A stretch of 64,000 nt of DNA. Source: Marsupella aquatica. Its lineage: Eukaryota > Plantae > Marchantiophyta. Position 1 is the stretch's first letter. Each line of letters starts with the position of its first letter. Location of the stretch: NCBI GenBank assembly GCA_973895155.1, contig OZ316895.1, positions 270,007 through 334,006 of the forward strand, read 5' to 3'. The notes beneath the pieces were generated by a model. The model ran no database searches. It was not told the origin of the DNA and was given only the letters and a program-made list of their open reading frames with translations. A program made the translations under genes and the position numbers. This document shows positions 50,163-61,089 of the stretch, piece by piece.

Positions 50163-50938
50163 GATCGCAGAGTCACTGAGCAAAAGGACCCACAGATTCC
50201 CAAAGCCCTTAACTCATGGAGAGGAGAATGCCCAGACTGCTGTTCACCAGACTGCATAAGTACTACTTGTACGTTGCTCTAAACACATCAGGATACCTGC
50301 TCGATCAATGAACCAATGACTAAAAGCGTAAATACGACCTCATCGCCATGCTCCATCCCTACACTCACTTGGTCACATTGGGAAGTGTCTTTCAAGTCTG
50401 TGAGATGTTCAAACAATTATCCTAGCTGCCTGCACGGTCCCCCGCACGGTCCGAGTCTGCTCTTCTGTGCTATGCTGTGCAATGTATTCCACTTCTTGTG
50501 ATGCATGAAGCTTGTTCTCTCTGTAAACTAGCTCTTTACGGGGGCGCGCGTCGGGCTTGGAAACTTATACCGTCCTTGCGGGAGAGTCAGAGAATCAAAC
50601 ACTGCATCATAACATCTCTCAGATTAAACTAGTATTCTTACAACACCGCCCAAACTTTTTAGTTCGTGAATGGAGGGAAAAGTCACGCACTCATCTCAGT
50701 TGGGTAGCCACCATGGCACTACCACTGCCAGAGGGATCTTGTCCTTCGTCGGCTGAGGTTGGACGTAGTACGCTTCTGGGGCAGCTTTGCTCAATTTGCT
50801 CGGCTCATCTGAGCTCAGCGAGCTGCTTGATTGATACTGGAAAGGGAAAGCTAGCTACCTGGTCTATAACCTTAGCCAGCTAAATCCACGGCTGAAGCAG
50901 CTTTGAACTTTATCTTGCCGCCAGCCTGCATGCACTCA

Positions 50939-50964
50939 TGCCTGCCTGCCTGCCTGCCTGCCTG
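50939..50964. repeat. (GCCT)n microsatellite upstream of the GH17 gene
   Basis: tgcctgcctgcctgcctgcctgcctg. Confidence 0.85.
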
Positions 50965-53499
50965 AATGAGAGCTTGCTGCACAAGCACGTAGTTAATTAA
51001 GTGTCCCCACCCAGCTGAAAGGAAGGCAAGCGAAGATTGGTTAAACTGCCAGGATGATCGATCCGTCGACGGAGCCTCCCAGGACATTTCTTCCTCGCTC
51101 CTTCAGTTTAAGTAGCCACACGGTTATCACGAAATGTAAAAGCTCTCGTGTCTCTTCAGACAACCTGGCCTAAATTTCTGGATCGTGAGTGGAGGAAATT
51201 GGTCATCGAAGCATGCTACGTTAAGAGTCAAAAGCATTTCATGATTAGTCGATAATATCCGTAAAGAACAACGTACTGCAGGAGTCCATGATTGGAGTGA
51301 AGTATTGGAGTCCATGATGAAAGGCAGAATCGCTTTTCAATAGGCTTGAGTAGGATAGTTTCGTACCGAATTGCAAATTAGTAAGACAGTGGGATCGCAC
51401 GGCAATTCTCAGCCCTCCACCAAGTTTGGTAAGGAGGAGGACTGAAAATGCAACTAGTGTTTCACTCATCAACGGAAAAGTAGGACAAAGCTAGTCCCCT
51501 TGGTGCCAAGTAGCTCTAGTGAAGGAGCTACTGTAGGCAGGAATGTAGTTTGACAGTGTGGGCCTGAAATGCGAGTAAGTGTCGTATCTCGAGGAGCAAT
51601 TAGTTGTAAGGCACTGTATTATCGTAACCACCCCAGCCTCAATCCCAGGAAGGATGCTTTCCAGACCACGCCACTTTCTTTTCCCTAGGCAAGGCCTTTC
51701 TCAGCTAGGGCAGTTTCCATTATTTTTGTTGTTGTCTTTTGACTCCATGCGCCTGATTTCATTGGACGGCAACTTCCTTTGGGGGTTTTGCGGTGGGCCC
51801 CCTTGATCTATTGGCTCTTGGGCTCTTGGCCACCCATGTGCCAAGACCACATTCTGTACAATATAACTAAGGTAGGGATGGAGTGTTGGAGGGGTCTAGA
51901 ATAGCTAGGAAGGAGAAAGGTGGTGAATAACTGGTACATGGTACAAATTAATGATGATTCTACGGTCTGGACTGGAGACAGTAAACAGAATTTTATGTAC
52001 TGTGCCCTCACCGATGCGGAGGAAACACGTTCGGAACCGCCAGTTCAGTAGTAGTCTGAAACTCGTACAGCATTTCTTATGTTACATGACTTGTACGTGT
52101 CTCGAGTCGCAGCTGAGGTGTGTGAATTTTTTAGTTTATTTTATTGAAATGTGTAAGAATAAAATTATTCCCGTTTCAGTTCTGATCTCAGCTTTCAATG
52201 TTAGAAATGTAGTTCAAAAGTAAAATCTCCTTCATAGAACTATCCAACAATCAGCCGATGCTAGAGTTCTTGGGTTCCTTCCAATTTAAAGGTTCACGAA
52301 TGTCTGTGGGAGGGGTTCACATGGACACTGGCTACTCTTTATTTATAAGTTTGAATCTCCGCTGGGACGGACGAAGCAATTATTTAGTTACGTGTATGAC
52401 CCCACGAGTCTGCTTCGCTTTGCTGCTCTACCTACAAAACTTTACTTCAGTTCATCCTCGTTTAGACATCTAAATCACTGTCACTTTTCGTCTCTCCTTC
52501 TGGTGATTAAAGGAGAAGCTTTACAGTAATTTAGAATCCAATTGAATCTCATTTTTGGTAGGACGTCGGTTGTCACTGCAAGGAGGCAATGTTGCGTAGT
52601 CAAATCCTGTCCCCAACTGAAGTTGAGCCTCTTGGGATGTGTCCACGTCCAGGATATGAAGGCCAGAGACTAATTGACCTCGGCTACCCTGTCTGGAGAC
52701 CTCAAAATTGGGCCCTTCCATTTTTTATCCTGTGTCTCTGACTTGATATTTCATGTAGAGCAGAAACACAGAAATCCAACATGTCGTTGATTCTCCAATG
52801 TGTTCATTCAATTCTTCAACTGAGATCAGGGTAAAATTCCGAGACATTTTTCCTTCCCCTCTACAGTTAGAGCCCCCCAGGTAAGACACTTCAGACTGTT
52901 ATGGTTATCAAACAGGAAAGATACAATAGATAGGAAAAATTGAGATTCTGAGAAAACTTCGGAAACCTTGTCCTTTCCGGGGTTGCTGTGAACTACTCAG
53001 AAATTGGTTTTCAGCTTTTCAGCTCAATGAATGGCCATGTTGGAAGGAGTCCAGATGGTACGAGGAGGAATTACAGTAATACAGATTTACGTCTAGGTTG
53101 AGCAAAGTTGTAATTCTAGCTTTGTAGCTCCCATAACGTCGGTATAGTTTAGAACCGAGAGAAATCATGTGAGCATTGATTTAAATAGACCATATCTTAC
53201 ACTGTCGAGAAATGGCTAGTAAGTGATGAGCTCAGTTATTAAGAAACTAGCGAAAATGTTCACATTGATCTAACACAGGAAATTCTACTGTAGGCAGCAG
53301 AGGAATGACCAGTGATGGGCTTGGCTGCAATCAAAGGTAACCAAAATATGAGCTTCGCTGCTTAAGTGGAACTCCAAGCACATTCAGTGGAAGATTTCAA
53401 ATTTTACTAATGTCGCAGTTACCAGAAAAATGTCACTAAAACTGGTGTGTGTATATATATATACGGCGATGCTACACATGCACAACTACATTTTCAGCC

Positions 53500-54025
53500 A
53501 ACTTAACGTTGCCTTACAACAGGCTAATCGCAACGTATGAACCTATAAATGCAAAGATGGTATCCTCGATGTCAATGTGGCAACGTTAAGTACGTCGTCA
53601 TTGACGACGTACTTAACGTTGTCTCATATGACGCTCGTTGCCTCGCAGGAAACTTGGTTATGTGTGTTCATGACGTCCAGTACATCGTTACAGTTCAGAG
53701 CTAATGTAGATGTACTTCTTAACGTAACGTCGCCTGATAAGACGTAAAGACGTAATTAACGGCGTCTCAAACGACACCCGTTACCTCATTGGAAACTAGG
53801 TAACCTGAAAGCGTAGTCTTTAACGACGTTCAATGCATAGCTTTAGACGACGTAAGAGTGCTACCTTGTTATAAGCGTGGTAAAGTACGGTTCATTTGCG
53901 GACGTTAATGTGTATTACGTCTAAGTAGAAGACGTAAGTTTGATGGGTCTAACGACGTGAATGAAAAAACGAGGCTCAGACCTTGGTACATTATGGATAC
54001 CCGGACCCTGCCATACAACGTTATT
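53500..54025. other. ACGT-dense, CpG-rich block containing a perfect 20-bp hairpin (53581-53621); possible subterminal region of a DNA transposon
   Basis: About 18 ACGT cores in ~520 bp. Hairpin caacgttaagtacgtcgtca-t-tgacgacgtacttaacgttg. No TIR or TSD identified. Confidence 0.55.
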
Positions 54026-55792
54026 GTAGGTTATAAACACGCTTCAGGTCTACATTGGGGTGAGTTTTATTTTGGTGGGCGGTTGGGGTTTAGGGATACA
54101 CATTCAAGATGCATATAGTATAGATGCTGTAATCCGAGAAAAGCGTGTCATATTAGATAATATTGTTATGGGCCAAAGATGTCTCTGGTCATCTCCTTCA
54201 TAGTGTTCTGCTCTACAATATTCATTCATTCATCTATACTAGCGGAGGGCTCGATATAGCATGCTCATCCCGGAACATGCTTTATTTTTTGTCTTGTAGT
54301 GATTTGAAAGTAAATAAAATATGAGAGCATAGAAGTGCTGTTATATAAGTAAAGTGTCTGCCAAGAAAAGCACAGTGACCAAGAAAAGGTACAATCAAAC
54401 AATGCTACAATGTGTGCACTTAACTCAGGGTGCCTTATGAATGACACTCCTTTCAATAAAAACCATAAACCTAGAAAAGAAAAACATGAGGAGAACTTAA
54501 GAGGCTATGCATTCATGTTCTTCAACATCATTTCTCTCACTCGTGGTGGTGGAGCCTTTGGTTTCATCTCTAAGAAAACACATAAAGGGGGCTGCCAAAA
54601 TAAGTTCAAAACACTCTAAAATACCTAAAACTAAAGGGGTCTAAAAATTAATTAAAAATGTATAGAGTACAAAGGCTGCCCCTTGATAAGGCAGATTGAA
54701 ATGAAAATACATGACACAAAAATCTGAATAAGACAAAATCTGAAATGTGCATTCACCATATAGTATTCCCATACTGGCGGAGGGCTCAACATAGTTCCTC
54801 AAAGTAAATAAAAAGACCCTATTATCTGTCACTTACCATGGAAGTGAAGCCCCAAAATGGAACCCAATAGCAATTGTGGCCTCAAAGAAGTCTTTAAAGG
54901 CAGAAATAGTGGGGCCAATGGGGACCTTTTACCCCTAAGATGGTGTGTCTAACCATGTCCACCTCTCCAGTCTAATTTTGGTGAGCAGCCATTACATGGT
55001 TGGATCAATACTTGACAGATGCGAGCACTCTGGGACGTCCAGGGAGTTGTAGCGAACAACTTAGTTTCAGACCAAGTAGATAAGGGACATTAGCATTAGC
55101 GAATCATATGGGAATGGGCCAATTAAGTGATGGCATGCAGCACCTTTTTCAATTGTTAAGCCCTTAACCTGAGATGTACTTGCCACTTTAAATTTACTTA
55201 CTTTTTTGAACTGCGCCTTAGTTGTGTTCCACATGTAAGGAAGTTGGAAGAGAACCCCCAGTTATGAAATTGTCTAGACAATAATATCACTCAGGATGGC
55301 TGGGCAACGAAACTGCCATGTGCATGGGCTGTGATAGAGCAGTAACACCAATGCTCCACACTTCCAAAAAGTCCAGTAAAGCTGAACAAGAAATCTTGTA
55401 GTATAACATCTCTGAAAAGAAAAACAAACTAAAAAGTGGACCAGGTAGGTTTGTAGTTTAAACAAATTAGGGTAGCAAATGTGTGTGTAACAAAGTGGGC
55501 AGGTATGCAACAAAATTGAATTTGCACAAAGATTGTGCTTTTACCATAACTTCAATTCATTACTCTTGGGCACTCCCAAGCTCACAAAGTCTCTCAAGTC
55601 AGTACTAAAACTCTGGCTCTCCAAAGTGAATATAGACCATGCAGTGTGCATCTAGGTGGGCAGTCAGTCACAAAGGCAAGGCCAAATTTTGAAAGTACAA
55701 GGGTTTGGGTGAGCCCTAACTATACACGATGAGTATGGTGTAGCACAACTGATCTAGATGATCATTGTGGCAGACCTTTCGACATAGAAAAG

Positions 55793-55884
55793 TTTCATTG
55801 ATACGTACATCTCACTCAGGGCTGCATAGCATTGAGGGACTTTTCATTGATACATCTCACTCAGGGCTGCATAGCATTGAGGGG
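55793..55884. repeat. ~45-50-bp tandem duplication
   Basis: ttcattgatac(gtac)atctcactcagggctgcatagcattgaggg occurs twice. Confidence 0.85.
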
Positions 55885-58445
55885 GGCAAAATATGTGCAG
55901 TCTTTCTCTGGGCAATAATATGGCAGTCCAGGGTTATTGTGATCTCAACATGCACCCCATCCTGTTGGTTCAATAGGTCCTAGGACTTGTGGCCCTACTA
56001 ATAGTGAGTCAGGGAAACTACTATAAGTTGGGGAAAGTCACTCCTGGACAGAGGAGGCATGCACGTGCGAAACCGTGGGATCCATAGCTGAACAAACAAT
56101 TGTTTTTAATTTAATTTGTGTTGAGAAAGCTAGGGTTTTCACGTACTGTACTTTTCAGGTTGTGTTCAAAAGGTGATTTCCAACCCCATGCACACTTATA
56201 CCCTTATTCTAGCGTGCTTCCTGATTCACCATCATACGTGGTTTGGGCCCGTGTTTTCTCTTGTTCAGGTGCTGGTTTGGGAGCCTGGCTATCAGCTAGC
56301 TTGAAGTCACACTCCAGGTGAGGTCCCATATCACACTGGAAGTTTTAGGTAATAAATACCCTAAAAAAATAAAAATTTAAATTTAAAACCCCGGTTTAAA
56401 CTTACAATTTTTACCCCTAATTAACTTTAGATATGATATTCTAGAAATATTCCCAATTTTAGTATTAAAACACATCCACTTTTATAATCCTCAAAATTAG
56501 GTTAAAATACCCCTACAGTAAGTTCAACAAATTAAAGTATTGAAGTCTTCCACCCAATCAAATTTTAAAAACCCTTAGCTTAATTATTGGAGTGCAACGG
56601 GTCAAAAAAGAAGAAGTGAAAAACCCCGGTTTGGCTAGTCTTCTTTGGGTCCCCTTTCATATAAGGTCTTCCACTTTCTTCACTAACATCCCTAGCCTTG
56701 CTCCTTTGGCTTGGTCTCCCAACTTAGGCCTCTTGTTGGGATAAATCTAGCCAGACAAACCAATTAACAAGACAATGTCAACACTTGCAAACATCATCTA
56801 TAGAATTTGACACAGAAAGAACTAGTCACCCCATCTGGGCTACATCCATGGTCGTGAGAAAAATCCACAGGGAAATTTAGTACTACAAACCAATTAGGTA
56901 CGTCCTCTCCATAGACAGCATGCTAGAGCCACGGCTAGAGCTCCTCCTCTCACGTACCCTCTCACTCTCTTTTGGAGAGTGAACCTTCAAGTGTTCCCGT
57001 TGGGTATGCCCCCTCCCATGGTCTATGGAAACCTGGAACTCAAACAAGTGCTATCCTAGTTTGCTGCAGCCTCGAAAAACGCTCCTTTCCATTCCTTGCA
57101 CAAAAAATTTTATGGAGAGGTGAACAAAATCTTCAAAAAATTTCATGCAATGATCCCGTCAATGATAGCTATATTTTCACATAATGACAAATTTGAAAAT
57201 GTGTAATATATAGATGTAATATATACTCTACCAAACCTATTATAACAATTAAATGTTTAGAATTTTTGCAATGCTTGTTTGAAGACTCATAATCTTAACT
57301 AGTTGAGCCAATTTGATCAAGAAGTGAGAGAGAGACTCCAAATTATTTATTGTTGATAAAATAGTCAGACATTGAAGGTTGGGCCCCTGGCTGGAACCAA
57401 ATGTTATAACCAACCGTAGCATGTAACAGGCTGACTGAATTCAAGTACAAACATGACTGTACTCACAGAAACTTGATATACAGTAGGCGCTTCACTATTG
57501 AGGCCACAATGTTTAAGGGCCGTATCAGATTTGACACGGACGCGGTCATAAAAACTACAGGCAACCCTGACTCTGGTCTATAGACAACAGCAGTGGGAAG
57601 TGCCCATTTTCCGTGAGGTTTCTGACCGTTCCCCAAGTGAAGTTGACGCCTGCCCAGCATGTCAAGAATCAAGAATCAACGCTGGTTATTGATCACGCAC
57701 CTCTACGTAGCATAGGGCGATCAACCAGGTACTAGTCTTTGTGAGGAATCAAAGGTGAGAGTGCGTTGAATATGAGTTCTTTGCCTCACATTTTGAATTC
57801 TGAAAATCCCTGGACTCCTGTCATGTGCAGGTCGCAAGACCTTTCAAAATTGGGGGTCCGAAGTGAGAGCCCGGGGGAACCTGCAGCTGCCCGTAACTGT
57901 AAGGATGGTCAGACAGCAATGGCGGCCGTCAAATGTTTTGCAGCCCAAATATGGAGGGCCCCCTAATAGTTCCTGTTCTGCGGTTGAATTATAGGAGTGT
58001 AAATAATGTTGTATGAGTATCAAAAAACATTTTTGCAGCTTGGTCTAGGTTTACAGAGTCCTTCACAAACAACCTTGAAGTAGTCCATCCCGGCTTCCTC
58101 ACCGGCTTGAGTTCAAACTTTGAACAATGAAGATGATAAGCAAACAAAATAATACAATCTACTATGTAAGCGCTATGCACTCCATAGTCACACTCTTCTT
58201 CTAGAATTCAGTAGGTTGTTAGATCTTGACTGGGCTTATATTTGGGGCGCCACGGCATGGGACCGGCCAGGGATATTTCTGAGCATGGCCGCGGGCAACC
58301 AGGATTGTTACACAATATTCTAAAAACATTTTCCAAACTCAAAAAGTACATTTTTGGACATGAAGGAATAGAAAGTGATGTCATTCATGTGATTGCCTTC
58401 TTACTATGCAAAATTTTGCCTCCAGTCTCATTTTACTAACCCACT

Positions 58446-58612
58446 AAACTAGTGCAGCTCCACATTTGTTTCAAACAATGTGGCTCTGTTGTCACTTCCC
58501 TTTTAAAGAGCAAACCAGGACTGAACAAAAACTAGTGCAGCTCCACATTTGTTTCAAACAATGTGGCTCTGTTGTCACTTCCCTTTTAAAGAGCAAACCG
58601 GGACTGAACAAA
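58446..58612. repeat. 82-bp near-exact tandem duplication
   Basis: aaactagtgcagctccacatttgtttcaaacaatgtggctctgttgtcacttcccttttaaagagcaaacc(a/g)ggactgaaca occurs twice with 1 mismatch. Confidence 0.92.
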
Positions 58613-61089
58613 TCTTTGCAAGTATGGGAAGTCCTGTTTATAATATCTAATCAAAAGTGCCTGTGGCGCATAACACATATGACCTGCTGAAGCAATTGAA
58701 GCAGCTTGGCACAGAACCTGTACAATTACATGCAAAGGCAAAATCTGGAGCATAGCTATATGAATTGGTAATGATCTTGACACCTGCTGGTCACAAGTCA
58801 CCCCTGGCCACCTTAGCTAACTACTGGGCCCCATTCATGTAATGTCAGAGTGAATGTTGCTCACTTATCAAGTTTTGAATGTTTGACTTTGCTGGAAAGA
58901 GTAATCCAACGGGCATTCCATAAGGAAATGAATCTTACTTAAAAAGCCTAAACCACAAGCTAGAGTTGGGGCCTAGGTTTCTAGAGTGAAGCTTCTAGGT
59001 CGTAACTCCATGGCTCACCATGTGGATGGAAAACTCATGGCTATGATTTATATCAAATGATAAATGATAATCATACATGCTTTTTGTCATGATTTTTATG
59101 TACATAAAACATGGGTGCTAGGGCCCCACCATAATATATATGTGCATAGAAAGAGAGAATGATGTACATAGAAAGGAGTATGGTATCTTTTGAATTGTAT
59201 GATTATTAAAATGATGACATGTATGAATGTTTTTTTTATCATTTCATTAACTTTCAAAGAATGTGAATAGGGAATATATTTTGTTGACACTTTTATTGTA
59301 CTCTCCACTATTCACATTCAAATTGGTAGTGGGGGTAATGAATATTCATATAGAGGCCTCCTTTGGTTTCATTGAGTGATGTATAGTAAAGTCTCGTTGG
59401 TTTGCAAAGTAATGTGGCTTTACAAAATCATTTCTAAGACAGACTCTAGACCACACATCTTTTGAAATGAAATTTATTCAATAAAATGTAAACCACTTCA
59501 ATGAATGAGCCAATATGTTTGGAAATTGTTGGACCACCTCTGAGGTGGTCCCAAATTATACACAAAGTAAGCACTACGCATGAACATTTCTTGGGCCCAC
59601 TGCTAACGTTGTAGGAGCTGTAGAGGCCATAGATGAATGGGCCCCCCTCAGTTCTTGTAAAAGCAAACTGTAACTGTTTTCATGCACTTGCTTTTCTTTT
59701 TTCTGGTTAGGTGTTTGTCCTCTTTTGGAACTCTTTCCTTTCATTGTACTTTGTTTTTCTCTGACTTATAATTTCTGATACGCTTAAAAAAATTAAATAA
59801 AAACTACAAGCTCTATATTTAATCTCACATGATGGAAATAAAAAATTATGGGCCAGAGTAACGCCACTGTAATCAGACAAGGGGGTGGATGGTCGTGACT
59901 GTGAAGTAAGGTTAACTGCAGTCAAACTGCTAACCACCATTTCAAGTTTGGAATACAGTCCAGTCCTGTACATAACGTGCATGTACTTGATTCTCCATAC
60001 AGTCCAGTACAGTCCGGGAAGAAGCATCCAGGTCTGTACTGCTGTCAATAACGTGGGATGTTCATTTATCAATAATAAGTGTATCAATAATTCTTGACAA
60101 CAAGACGAAACTGTTTTCTCTTCGCGATTCCAGAAAGTCAGTTCCAAGAAAGAGTTTGAGTCCTCTTGTTTATGTTTGTATGAAGGTCGGCAGAAGAGGA
60201 AGAAACACTCCGGACATCTTGCAGACTACAAAAACAGCAACATCGGGCCTGTGAGGGGAGGGGTTTGCATGAGGCTCGGGAGGGATTTAGGTTGGAATCC
60301 TAAGCCATCAACGTCAAAACTGTGAGAGAGAAATTGGTCACACTGCGCAGTACAATGTCAGCAACAATGGGAATCACTCTCGCTCATCCTAACCCTATTT
60401 AGGAATCCTTTCCCACGAGCCCCTGCTCATCGAACCCCGTCACTAACACCACATTATTGTCATCACCTGCCCACCCTCTTCCTTCCTCGCTCCGCCGCTT
60501 GCCACCACCTCTTGAAAATTGAGGCGGTCCAGAAGCATAAAACTTTGGCTTCGACGCCCTAAAGGCAAACTTCATCATCGTCGCCATGCAGCTGCTCACT
60601 TCCTCCCGCTGCTGCGACCCCTGCTCTACCTCCCGACCCACCACCCCCATCTCGTTCAACAGATCGTCGCCCATCGCACTTCTTCCAATCAATTTTGCAC
60701 CAAACGGCCTGCTCCGTTAGTCCCCACCCCTTTCGTCTCCTTCTCGTCTGTCGGCGCTTCGTCAAACGCCCTTCTTCCCCTCAACCGCACTGAATTTGAG
60801 CTCAAACAAAGTAGAAACAGTTCTGCAGTGGCCCTGAAATAGGGACTGAGCTCGTGACCGTAGGGTCGAGGCTGACCCCGAGGCCAGCTATTCGCGTATT
60901 CATAGCTCTCTCAACACCATGGCTCATTTTCAGGGTCTTATGTGCTTTCAAACAGCTTAGTGAGTGCCTCAACAAGGTTAATATACAAAGCTCAGCCACA
61001 GAGAGTTTACAAAAGACCTAATCGTCAACAGGCGTAAAAGAATTTCAACATTTAGGATTCACACCTTTTCTCCACATAATAGTCTTTTT

